From Catajapyx aquilonaris (Eukaryota), in contig KZ538054.1 of assembly GCA_000934665.2 (NCBI GenBank), forward strand, positions 1 to 64,000: a stretch of 64,000 bases of DNA, read 5' to 3'. The position numbers and the translations under genes were made by a program. Under the pieces are notes generated by a model. It had not been told where the DNA came from and did no database searches. It saw only the letters and a program-made list of their open reading frames with translations. This document shows positions 1 through 12,417 of the stretch, one piece after another (position 1 is the first letter of the stretch; the number at the start of each line of letters is the position of its first letter).

Positions 1-96
1 TAAAGCTGATATCTTAAAACGGAATATGCCAAAAAAATCCAAAAAATATGGGCGAATTTATTATGTAGTTTCCAAAATGAAGGCTACTTCCCCATT
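1..96. mobile_element. Right end of MITE family 1 (other copies at 21206-22159 and 33389-34069), in a FOXRED1 intron
   Basis: 1-96 is nearly identical to ~33975-34069 and ends in the TIR AAGGCTACTTCCCCATT. Confidence 0.85.
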
Positions 97-190
97 CTCC
101 AATGCATGCCATGCAGGAAGCACAAAACATAATTTTTCTTAAATGAAATTCTCTGGCAGTACTTGAATACAAAATGCTTAAAATTCATGC

Positions 191-1653
191 CTGAAATAGG
201 TCCCAGATGGGTCAACGAAGAATGGGCAGTCCAAGCCCGGCCCATCCAAGCTCTCAAAGCAGTATATGGACCTCTTCCGAGGCTCTACAGGCAGAGGAGC
301 TGCCAGCATCCCAGGGCCTGTTCCTATCCTGGCCATTTGAGCAACCCTTCCTGAGTCAGCTCCAGCAGCAATCACCAAAATGGCAAACTTGATGGCGTGC
401 ATCTCTCCATCTGGAGTCTGGACTAAAAGCTTGTCCACACCTTCATACTGCCCCGGAGACACATTTTCAACAATTATGTCGTCAATTCGACGAAATTCAA
501 ATCCAACTGCCTCTGCTTGCAAGAATTCCACGCCCAAGTAGGTAGCCTTGTTCTTCAGAGCACACAGCAAGGACCATGGGTCAAACCTGAAAAAAATGGA
601 AATTAAAGGTTGTGAATCAGAATTTTTAGTTCACTTCCTGGAAAGGCATGGCAGGACCAGGTGAGAAATATTTTAGACAAATGGGATTCTGTATATTTAG
701 GCGTGAACATGCTGATGCCACAATAAGCTGCTACCCCTTTGTTGTCACCTCATGATTTACGACTTATGATTTATTTTGTACAAGTTTTTGTGACACTTAC
801 CAGCCTTCATTCTCAAGCCCATGGCAGGCCAGTTCAATACCTTCTGTGTTGATCCATGGGAAGCGGGACCTCAGCTGACTGGCAGACAGCAACTCTACTT
901 TGGCGCCCAATTTACTGGAAAAACAATGTATGCAATGCAATGACATTAATATGGTAGGGCCAATGTGAAAATTTAAAGCATCGACTCACACTTGTGTCTC
1001 ATAGGTCTCTTGCAAACTCTGGGCTCCCTGCTCAGAAGCAACAAACATGTAACCATGTGGATGGAATCTGACATCTGGGAGATCGAGTCCTTCAATTCCC
1101 AGATACCGAGGAAGATGTCTGAGGAACTCTGCACCAAACATGGACATCTGGATGTTCTCTTCCAGAGAAAATTGCTGCCTCAGTCCCCCTAATGACAGGG
1201 CTGTTGAACTTCTAGTGCACTGTCAAAATTAGAGAGAAATATGTAAAAAGTGACATATTACCATTTCTCAAGTCACACTGTCCTTCTGTGTAAAGCAAGC
1301 AAGCCGAAGTGTACCATAGGATCCCTCTCAACCACGCAAACACTGATGGCCTTCGGTGTCCTCTGCTGGAGCCAGTAGGCGATGCTGGACCCAACAATCC
1401 CTCCTCCGACAATGAGGATGTCGCAGTGGGTGGTGACGAAGGCCTGCTTTCCTCCCTTGTCCTTGCTGGAGCTAATCATGCTGGTCAGGTCATCCTTGAA
1501 GATGTCAACCGTCCTGCTGATTGGGTTCTTTGAGCCAGGCCCGCTTATGGTGGGCTCAGAGGGGCCACTGGACCCCATGCGCCTGATGAGGTGGACACCG
1601 CACAATCTGCCATACTGGCTCAGCCTCAGGCAGCAGGCCACACTCTTCAACAT
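191..1653 (-). CDS. FOXRED1: FAD-dependent oxidoreductase domain-containing protein 1 (complex I assembly factor), 5' part; gene continues past the left edge
   Basis: Exons 1653-1315, 1219-990, 914-801 and 586-~191 join in frame. Motifs: Rossmann [76 protein letters not shown]. The N-terminus looks like a mitochondrial presequence. Confidence 0.92.
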
Positions 1654-2338
1654 CACTGGGCCAGCAGTTCACACAGGTACAACCAAAGTGCGACCTGCCT
1701 GCAACCAACAGCTGACTGCCAGGCTGATTTGTGAGCTGGTCAGATTACTTCGTCTGAGGTCTTCTCATCCCAGCAAAGCAACACTCAGCAAATGTCCATT
1801 GAAACAAGGACCCATCAGCACCAAGGGGAAACGTGAGACTCTGCTGGGAATCCAACTATCCAACAGCAGAGCTGCTGATGATTGCAATATTACAGCCGAT
1901 ACTATCACTTCAGGGGACAAGAAATGAAAAACAAAAACCAGAATTTATGGGGAGGGCTTCCTTCACCTAATGCCACTTACCTATTTTCTCTCAGACTGTA
2001 CGCTTTATACACAAGATACTTCCATATTATAACAGTAAAGCTATGGCCACAAATAAAATGAAGATTCAAATTTCCTGCTTTCAAAACAAGTTTACTATTG
2101 CACAAATCCACACATTCACATAAACCAATATAATTTCCTCGGCAATAGTTGCAAAATTATCAAATCTGCCACACACAAAAAATCTGCACACAGCTCTTTA
2201 GAGCTGATCTGGGCACTCTGATTCCAGGTGATAGGCGGAACTTCTTTTCCACTCAAAAAATGTCACCCAGGCACTTTGCTTTCTTTGAAGAATATGTATA
2301 AATCACTGGGGGATCAAGTGCTTCAAGCAAGTCCATTG

Positions 2339-5213
2339 TTAGAGTATGATCTCGTTCTTGAAACTCTGGGTGAGTTCCTTGTGAGGCAAGACGATGGAGT
2401 TGAGCACTATCACCTCTGACGGAACTGTCACGCTGCCACCTGGAAGAGTTCAAAAATGTAACACCTCACTCTCCTCTGACAGTGACACAATTTATAAATG
2501 TTCATTGTCACCTAATTAGGCAGTACCTTATATTTCTAAGATAATTCACAGTAGTAATTTGTTTAATTGCTTCAACAAGGTTATGTGCTAACATAAAATA
2601 TAACAATCATTAAGTACATTAAATGTACTTAATGATTGTTATATTTTGTTATATTTTTATATTTTTTATTTATTGTTTATATTTTTATGTTTTGGGTTCA
2701 AGTGACATAAGTTTTGCACTCACCAAGTATGGTAATGGAAGGGTTAAGCCTTCCATCAGTGTTGAAAAGTGGCACATTTTCCATCTTGGCAAAGGGCTTG
2801 TTTGGATTGGGGTCACATGGAGTGCCCTCCACCCTTGCCCAACTTCCAACAGTACTCTGCCTACCCAATATGCTATGCAGGATCATGCTGTGCTGTCCAA
2901 CCTGACAATCTGCCAGGACTATTGACTCACGAATCCTCACACCAGCACCAACCAATGTGTCTGGACCAATGCTCACATTTGGACCAATCTGAGGAGGGGA
3001 AAAAAGCAAGAAAAAGAAATTATACGGTATCGAGCTAACTACAACCCTGTGTGCATAGTTGCACAGCACCTTACATAAGAAGTAGGATCAACTGTGGCAG
3101 ATGGGTGGATGAAGACATCCCCAACCACATGTGGTCCTGGCCAGTCTGAGTCTCCCCATGATCCTCGAGGTGTTGCAAGGCGCATGGGCCTCTTCTTCCT
3201 GTAGAGCTGCAAGTAGTGGCGGTTGGCATATATAGCAGATCCAGCTGTCTTCAACTGTGACCACCAGTTGGAACTTGGGAACACATAAGCTTTTCCTGTG
3301 CCTGCAAGTGGTACCAGGACTTCCCGCTCCAGCTGGATTGATTCCCGGGGACTCCCACTCTCGATCTCATCACTGCGAACAAGGGGTATTTCACAAATTA
3401 TTCAACTGTTTCCAAGCTTCAGGTACCTTAAAAATGAGCACAACTAGTCTCTGGCATCCCTCCCCTTTAACTCACTTGTAAAAACTTTCCTGCTTCTTGT
3501 TGAAGACCTGCGCCAAGTATTGGAATATGTCTAAAGAAAAGACATACACCCCACAGTTGATAAGGTTGGACACAAAGGTAGACGGCTTCTCCACATAATG
3601 CAGGACCTGGTGGGTGTCCTTCTGCTCCACAATACAACCATAATTCACTGACTGTCCTCTGGTAGCTTCAGTGGCCAAGATGGTCACCAAGGCTGGTTGC
3701 TGGCCGTGGGTATGCCCATGAGCCAAGTGAACCTCCAGCATCTCTGACAGGGGAAAATCCCCACAGACGTCCCCATTCAGGACGAAGAAGGCCTCTGGAT
3801 TTCCTGATCGTATCTGATCACGGAAGTGATAGATCCCACCAGCAGTGCCGAGAGGAGTATACTCTTGAAGGTACCTAATTTGAAGCCATTATATGTGCAG
3901 ATTTTACAATAAGCCACTTTTAACTTGCAAGCTAGTGGTCAGTGAATATGCTTCAGGGAGTAAGTCTTAAATATCACAACAATAAATATTTTTCAAATAA
4001 TCTTCCAGAGTTTACCTTAACAGTGCAGTAGTCAGACTGTCATGAAACTAGTTCAGCAGGGTGCAAGAGGTTAGTAACATAAATAGGATGCACACCTTAT
4101 GTTAAGCTTGTACTCTTGGGTCATCTGGCACACAAAGTGGGACATCTCACTGGCAAGAAAGTAGCCAACCAGAAGCACTTCCTTGAGCCCATGAACTTCA
4201 GCACAGGCTTCAATAAGGTGCTGAATAGAAGGCAAGCCAGCAATGGGGAAAAGAGGCTTTGGAGTGTCCAAAGACAGGGGACGAAAGCGAGTCCCTGAAA
4301 CCAATCAATCAATCAAGGGTGAGTTAGTTTTCATTATCTTTCTTTTTAGGTCATCATCATTATCACAGTATGTCCCTTAAGAAAAAGAAAAAAAAACCTA
4401 GGATGCCAGCAAATAATGAGAAAAGAGCTTGTCATTTCACATGACCAATATATAAATTCATTTTGTTAATATTATACAGGGTGACTCTCAAGTCTGGGCA
4501 CATAGGTAATTGGATTGTATTGTTGGTTGCAGTTAGTAGCCAGTTGTGTCAACTGGCAGGTTGTTGATAGTCAGTGAAGGTTGAGTTGGCACAGTTGACA
4601 CTCGGAGATGGCACAACTGGCAACCCTGGAACCCTGGAACTGTGACGTGCCTGAAAGTTACAGAAACCGTGACGTGGGTTCTTTTAGGACCCCATCCATA
4701 TTTTAATTTTCATTAATTTTTATATAATACTTTTCAATGTATTGACTATATGCGATCATTCTTTGATCAATGCCTAAAATGATCGCTAATTCAAAATAAA
4801 CATGCACTGCCTGTTATAATTATACTTTTAAAAAATGGCAAAAGTTCATTGTTATTATCATTTTAATGCCTTAGGGGTCCTAAAAGACCCCACGTCACTG
4901 TTCCAGGGTTAAGTGCATTTACATGTGAGTGATTTGTTTGCGTGATGTCATCGCCAAGCAATATATGAATCCAATTGTTATTGGATTCATCGTGCTATCA
5001 CATCGCTCACCTGTAAACGCACCTTTAGAGTCACCCTGTATGACAGAACTGATAAAAACTTATTCATCTTTTAAACACGCTTGTTTCTTTGCTCCCATAT
5101 CCTTGGCCATATCTGCAAAACCTGACCATGCCACATGGTCTCGTACTTCAAGGTATGTGGATGTGGTCATTACCCTTCTGTGGTCCTCCAACGAGGATGA
5201 CTGCCTTGAGCAT
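2339..5213 (-). CDS. GMPPA: Mannose-1-phosphate guanylyltransferase alpha (regulatory subunit)
   Basis: Six GT-AG exons: 5213-5174, 4294-4096, 3874-3476, 3372-3075, 2988-2724, 2439-2339. Motifs: [70 protein letters not shown], a left-handed beta-helix region, and the C-terminus [19 protein letters not shown]. Confidence 0.95.
4631..4908. mobile_element. piggyBac-like MITE in GMPPA intron 1
   Basis: Inverted termini CCCTGGAAC.GTGACGTG...TCTTTTAGGACCCC. The right end is ...CCAGGG followed by TTAA; the left end is rearranged. Confidence 0.55.
4911..5026. mobile_element. Short MITE related to the one at 35541-35717 (PIF/Harbinger-like)
   Basis: Inverted termini GTGCATTTACATGTGAGTGAT / ATCGCTCACCTGTAAACGCAC. 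Confidence 0.45.
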
Positions 5214-7053
5214 GGCTGCACCTCTGCCACAAGCGCTGCCTGACCAAGGTGCCGCGCCGCGCCGGTCCGTCTAATGCAGGTGGACTTGCACTCCTGCGGA
5301 TCTATCAGGAGACGATCTATCAGGCCTCTAGGACAGACTGGTGATTGCCACGCGATGGATTAAACCCCCACGTCACAGGGACAGGGACGGAGCCGGCCTA
5401 TGGAAGGAGAGGAGGGAGGAAAGGTCGACGTGACGAGCAAGTCAACGAGATGTCAACAATTGGGCGCCATCTTTGACTCAAAGACACATCTGCTGCCACC
5501 TGTCTGAAGGTGAAGGAACCGACGACAATGTGGGCGGCGGATTCGAAGGATGGATCAATACCAGCAGGTAAGAGTGTGTGGGAGACGTCCTCCCGGGTCC
5601 AGACCTGGAGGAGCACACCCACATGATACTATTTATACACCTCAGGCTGTGGGGAGATTGACTGATCTGCACACTGTTGGATGTCACTGCTTGCAAAGGG
5701 GGGTGGAAGAAATTGTGCAGTAGTACAACAAATATATTTATTAACGGACGGGAGCAACAATCACCATGATGGTTGCGATACATGTACAAAAGCTTAATAA
5801 ATTAAGGGTTACATAAATTAAGGTTTCGCAAAAATTAATTGCTCTGCACGGCTGTAAACTCTTATTAACTGAGGTAAATTGGTCTAGTTTACACGTAATG
5901 TCTAGTACTCTAGTTATTCTAAATTAATCTTTGTGGTCACTGCCAGTAAAGAATCTCGGGTACAAAATATACCAAGCTAGACCCCCTGGTACAAGTTTGA
6001 AAATAAAAGGCACCCAGCAAGGTTTGGCACACATTTAACGTAAATGTAGTCTAGTATCCTATAAACACTTCATAAATATTCATAAAATTACTTTGGTTGG
6101 CTTGAAGCTGACACGGGTTCACTTAGACTAACAAAATTTCCAATGACATTCCAACAAGTTCATTGATTTCTAACCCTGACATAAAATAATTCAGAACATA
6201 TATCTTTAGAATTACATATAAGTTCATGACTTCTGGGATCAAAGAAATGGTTAGTTTGTACCTTGGGGCAGTGCACACTTCATATGTGAATATAAATATT
6301 TATCCCAATAATGAGCAACTGAATGAATATACTAACGGAACAAGACTCCTTTAAGAATCTCTTTCATTCAGGTGATTCACATGCCCAAAAGTTTTGTGAT
6401 CAGATCACATTCAATATGTTTTTCAGCATGACTTGAATGAACCAGGGTGATATTACTATGCCCTTACTACACATGTATACAAATTTTCAGAGTCCAGTAT
6501 GGCTGGCAAAGTTCATGTGCTGTGCTGCTTTACATCCCCTAGACTTGGACAGGTGGCATTAGCAAAAATTAATAAGAGAAAGAAATCTCGTCAATCATCC
6601 TTTACTTGACATCTTTATACTATTGCCCTTATCGCTCAGAAGTGAGGTGACTTATTAGCATTCATTTATGTCTGTCTTCTCCCCACCCAATCGACCACTC
6701 TGCCTCACAGCCTAGCTTCAAGATATGTTACTTACAGCAGGAATTTCTAAAATCGAAAATATCGGCAAAGGTTTTAAAATCACTATACAAATCTCTGACA
6801 CGCTTCAGTCAAAGCAAATATTTGACTGGTGTCAAGGAAAATAGAATATCAGTCATGAATCTTTTGAGTTTGAGACTATTCGTAGTACTTCACGCACATT
6901 CCAAATGGACTCCAGATGTTAACCTAGCGTAACTACAAACAGAAATTGCCAGAAACTGTAAACCGACAAATGCACACATGCATAACCAATTGAAAACATG
7001 TAAGACAACATAAGCAGCCTGTCTGTGGAAGCTTGCTCCCTATAAGGATCATC

Positions 7054-7807
7054 TTACCACAATCCAACCTCAACGACCATTGCATCCAAAACCATCCGGC
7101 ATTTGTCATTCAGGTATGGCTGCAATTCCCACATGGAAATGTAAAGTGATATCTGATCCTCATCTTTGCTGTGTGCTATCTTGGTCATGACATGCGTCTT
7201 GACTCTCAGCTCCTTTGAGAAACCCTCTCCTAATGTGTCAACACAAAGGATTATGTTGTCCATGGTCCAGGAGAGAGTTGTGATCAGATCTTTGGATCCT
7301 TGACTGTGGTGCATATCATGTAGTTGGAGCAGATGCTGCAGACGAGACGTAAAATTCTGGAACTTTTCTTCGATCAGTGTCAGCCCTTGCACCATCTCCG
7401 TCAGGTTGTCGCAACTTTCCTGCAGCTGTGGCGAGAATACATCGGTATTGTCATTGTGGTTGGCAGCACACTGCCGCAGCAGGTCCACCTTGCGAACGGC
7501 CAGGCGCTTCACAATAGGATTGCCAGCAGCAATGGTCTCATCCCACAGCTGGACGCAACCAGTGAATCCGATGGTGACCTCCTGCAATTTACGCTGGATG
7601 GTTCCTACCGGAGCATTGACTCTTGGCAAATGGGGGAATACAGACTGTGGAGACAGCAGTGGAGACCGGCTCGTCTTTGGTGTCTCTGCTTTCTGGCTGA
7701 AGCTTGCCTCGGAGCCACCGTGTTCAGAGCTGAAACACAACACATAAGCTCATGTAACCTGGTGGCCTCTATGGAACACCCCATGTCCTCTCCAGTCCTT
7801 ACCTCAT
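7054..7807 (-). CDS. CINP: Cyclin-dependent kinase 2-interacting protein
   Basis: Main exon 7729-7054 has the CINP-like C-terminus KELRVKTHVMTKIAHSKDEDQISLYISMWELQPYL. The start is probably a 5-nt coding segment GCC ATG AG|gtaagg (7807-7803) followed by a 73-nt phase-2 intron. Confidence 0.82.
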
Positions 7808-7809
7808 GG

Positions 7810-8530
7810 CTGGTGCAGGCTGTGCAGGGTCAGATTACCGAAGCAGGGCAGATTGCACCACGGGTCCCCAACGTGCAGTTCTTCTTCCCCTGTCGGTCCG
7901 GCCTGGATCACTGGACTGGAGCAGGCAGGGGTGGAAGGAAGGTCAAAGAGTGCAACAGATCAATATGAAGAAGAGATGCGTGGGTGACGCTCAGCAGCGC
8001 CATCTTGTAAACACGATACCATCGGCCAGAGATGAGGAAGAGAAGTCGTTTCAGTGCGTGCTCGACCATAAATTTTGGGACAATTTTGGCGACAAATACG
8101 AGGGATGAGACAGTCCGTGCCGCCTCCTGAGACTTCAAATATTTGACCGGACGAAGAAGCCTTCAGAGTCGGAGGATTTCCAGCCGGCCGCATGAGAGGA
8201 CAATGACGTCACGCGCCAGAGCAAGAGAGGCACCAATCCTCTTCCTTCCTTCACTTCATCTCTTGTCTTGTTTGTTTGTTTGTTTCCACAGCAGCTATCA
8301 ATCAGCCTCAAAGTGTATTTGCGACAAGTGGTGAGGAAATGGGCGTGATCTCATTCCGACGGGAGGCCCCACACTATCAATAGGGGTGAACGATAAGGGG
8401 ACAAACAGCAGAAAACGACCGAAATAGACAATTTTGCATATCAGGGAGTGGCCAGTCTCAACACTTGGCTAGTATTGTCGGCGTACCTACTGAAGCACCT
8501 GCTGGCTCCTGCTGTTCCCTCGTCAAAGGA
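7810..8530. promoter_or_regulatory. Putative bidirectional promoter region between CINP and GFOD
   Basis: Head-to-head genes ~720 bp apart. The region is CpG-richer than its flanks and has a perfect CRE palindrome TGACGTCA at 8204-8211. Confidence 0.5.
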
Positions 8531-8531
8531 G

Positions 8532-9900
8532 ATGCCAACTTCTGGTGGCAGCAGCGGTGGCAACAGCAACCCTTCTCCAGGCAGTGGCACCATGGCTCCA
8601 GTTGTCCTCCCTGGAATTGGCATATTTGGAACTGGAAGCGTTGTACACATGCTTGTGCCCTTCCTTAGGACTAAGGGATTCAAGGTGTGTTGACATGTGA
8701 ACGCTGAGCAAGTGTAGAATTATCATCACTTTCTTGCACAAGTGCAAAATGTGCCAATCACAATGAGCCAGACTTGTAATAATATTTGATGAATTCCAAC
8801 AGGTGGAAGCCATATGGGGACGCACCGTACAATCAGCGGAGGCCACTGCCAAGGAGTTGGGCATCCCCTTCTGGACGTCGCAAGTAGATGATGTTCTTCT
8901 CCGCAAAGATGTGGGCCTCATATTTGTTGCCTGTGCCCCACATCTCCATGCACAGATTGCAGTGAAGGCATTGGGTATAGGAAAGCATGTTGTGTGTGAC
9001 CAACCTGCAGGACTTTCACAGGCAGAGTCTTTGAAGATGGTTCATGCTGCCCAGTATTATCCGTCACTGATAGGTATCTTGGGACATGGTCTTCGTTTCT
9101 TACCTGCATTTGGAGCTATGCGACGTGCCATACAGGATGGATATGTGGGTCAAGTCACACTTTGTGATGTTCGTGTTCAAACTGGCATTGAAGATGGACA
9201 CCAGTCAGATGGGTATAGCTGGTATTGTGATGCACGCATGGGTGGTGGGGTACTGTCGTTGCTCGGAAGTCACCTTGTGGATGCTGTAACTTTCTTGACA
9301 TCACAACGTGCGACACGTGTGCATGGTGTTGTCCGCACACTTGCACAGTCCCCACCAAATGCAATTCGTCGAGTTACAAGCCCAGATTTCTGCACCTTCC
9401 AGATGGATATGGATGGAGGTGCACTTGTTACAGTGTCACTTTGTTCCCAATTACCAGGACTTTTCCTCCAAGAGGTGCTAGTGTGTGGAACAAAGGGCCA
9501 CCTTATTATTCGTGGCGGTGACTTACATGGGCGTCGTCAGGGAAGTCTCAAAGAAGAAGTGCTGTATTTGGATGTTGAGGATCTATGCCAGCCATCACTT
9601 TCAACGCAGCAACAATCAGGTCCCAGCCTTCCAAAGCCTTATTTGAAGGGATTACTGAAGCTGGTTGGTGCTTTGCGGGAATCCTTTGGAAACCATGGTG
9701 GCAGCTCTGGATGGCAGCTTGGTCCCCTGGGACTGCTTGCAGCGACCTTCGAGGATGGGCAGTATGTTCAAGCAGTGCTGGAGGCAGTCCTGAGGGCCAG
9801 CAGGCGGAGGGAATGGGAACAGGTGGTGCTTGTGTGCCGGGAGCCTGATCCTGATCCATTGCTTGCGGCTGCTGTGAGATGCAGTGCCATTTCGATGTGA
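8532..9900 (+). CDS. GFOD1: Glucose-fructose oxidoreductase domain-containing protein (GFOD1/GFOD2 family)
   Basis: Exon 1 8532 (or 8592)-8684 encodes LPGIGIFGTGSVVHMLVPFLRTKGFK. Exon 2 8803-9900 encodes VEAIWGRT..., IAVKALGIGKHVVC, GHGLRFLPAF, MGGGVL, AATFEDGQYVQAV. Confidence 0.9.
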
Positions 9901-12417
9901 AGTGGTACTTGCATGATGTGACATGAGCTGTCTTTTCCTCTTGAAATTATTTGATACAAGAACCACAGTAATGTAGTGAGTTACAGGTCAAGCTTAAGTT
10001 GTCAGGATTGCTTTTTCCAGTCTTCTCGAAGTGCTTCTGTTGCTACTGTTAACTATTAATGCATATCAAAAAGGGAAGTGAAATAGGGTGATTTTAGGGT
10101 GAAGCACTAATAAACCACTGAAAAGTAATGGCTCAAGGGCAGGAAAAAGGTAACCATACAAAGAGAGCCCTTCCAGAATAATTCTTTTCCTCTGGCTGCC
10201 ACAATTTTTAGTAGAAGTTGTAAATAATGAAGTGAGATGAAAGTGAAACTCAGTTTTGACATATGCAGTACTTACTGAACAAATCTAAGGAGGTGCAGTG
10301 GTCTAGTAGTCATGCCACTGGCCAGGAAGTGGGAAACCTGGGGTTTAAATATTGTCCCAAGCCCGTTTTCTTGGTTGGGCCTTTTTCTGTTTTTCATTCA
10401 ACATGTTGAGGCAACTCCCTTCTTAGCTCAGGGCCAAGAGAAAATGTCTGGGTTTGTTATTTTTAAACTCAAAACAGGATGTTCTCAAAATGCTGTCATT
10501 TTTATTCTTCAAGTGATGGTAGATGTCACTTGATATTTAGACTCACATACGATGTGCTAAGTTTTATCACCTCCAGGAAACATTTCGAGCTGGAGAAGAC
10601 CCAGAAAATTTGGTTATTCACGTCTGAAAACTTCGTTGACATCAAAAAATTGTGATGATCATAGGAGAAGAATTCTGGTGAGATATCCTTTGAGAATTGA
10701 AACTGCATAAAAAATTGTTCCATGTTAATTAATGAAAAAAATCTATATCGAATTATAGCAGTTTCTGAGATTACCAAATGTTACCTTCATTCTTCCATCA
10801 TGCAACTTTCTTGTCTTGGGGAAGCAACATTGTCAAATCTCAAGTCACTTTGATCTTCCATTAAATGCCATGTTTAAGAGATATACACTTTTGAATGATG
10901 CCTGGCTGAAATAATGAATTTGAAGTATATACTGTATTACTTAATAACTTTGGATGAATGATGTAAGAGGCAACTAAGATGTTGAAATTATATATTCTGA
11001 GCATGGAAGAGAACTCATAAGTCCAAAAAAAAAAAAAACAGTTTTGAGATCATCCAAAGCAAATATTTGACTTTGAATCTTTAGGACTAAATGGACTTCC
11101 CCAGGTGATACAGCATTAAAAAAAAAAAAACTGTTCAAATTTGACTTAGCTGAGTTCTGTTGTATGCCCATGACATGGTTGATTTCAGACATTTTTTGCC
11201 AAGTTCAAGTAAAATTGGTTCCCATAAAAAGATGTTGCTTTAAAGCAAGCATTGAGATGGCATTATCAGCTTTGCAACTAGTCAAAAGCATGTTCTTATA
11301 ATCCGAGAAGTAGATCTGATAGGAAAAGATGGGAGACAGCTCATGGCCGAACTAACAGGAATGGAGAACGTTATCAACTCACAGCACGCTGCATGCCATT
11401 GTTGTGTGTTTGTTTTTTTCTAACCCTGTATTGTTCTATCTAAATATGGATTTGGATGCACATGTATGGACCTGAAGGACAAAATAGTAGATAAATTATC
11501 CCATTTCAGGTGCATTATGCCATCAAGTGGTGGTGATATTGGCCCCAGTGACTTTGGAAGCAGATCCTCTGACAAGATTTTTCGTACCATTGGAAGTTAA
11601 TAAAAGTGGTCATGACCAAAGGTTAAAAACTTACGGAAATGTGGTTGTGACATGGTTGCAAGCTACTGTACATAAAGCAGTATGTTTTCATACATTTATT
11701 TGAGATTCTGCACAAACAGTAATATCAGTCTCCTTTTGAAGCTGCCTTCATTACAGTTTTCTGCAGTGACTTTTCTTTTGCATTCACATGGTTGCTAATC
11801 TCAACACTTTGTTTTATACATCCACCCCTGAGGCAGTTGCCTCATTTGCTTCTTGAAATTTAAAACCAATCTATTTTTGTACTTTTTCTGGAATGTAATT
11901 TATTTTACTGCTCCTGCTATCTTTTTTTTTTTTTTCAAATATTTGAGCAAGTGAGACCATTTTTCCACATAAATGCATACAGTTTGACACCATTGTTATG
12001 GTGACTTCAGTTACTATCCATTTGTGGTTGTACAGTTCCAGTTATGGCAAATAAAAAGTTTGCAACAATTTTTCTTTCTTTCATATACATCTGCCATGGA
12101 CAATTAACCTCATTCAGGCACAGGTAGCTCTGTATTTATGGCACTGTTTGACTCATAACTGTATGACAAGAACGTATAGTTTTAAATAATTTAAAACACA
12201 AAAATGCAACAGTTTTAAAATTACTAATTGAACACAATCATTGAAAACACATAAAACTACAAAAACTTCAAGAATAAAAGAAATAACATGCCTTGCTTGG
12301 CGCAGTAAAAAATACTGAAAGAACTGAATACTGTTGAGATACTATAGATCAACCTGCACTGCCAAGCAACCACAATGGGTTCAGCACACCAGACCTTTTT
12401 GGCAAATGTAAAATTTA

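Noticed and set aside
1382..1927. 181-aa plus-strand ORF
   Set aside because: It is antisense to FOXRED1 exon 1 and UTR, with no protein-like signal.
7324..7968. 214-aa plus-strand ORF
   Set aside because: It is the antisense shadow of the CINP exon, with no recognisable motif.
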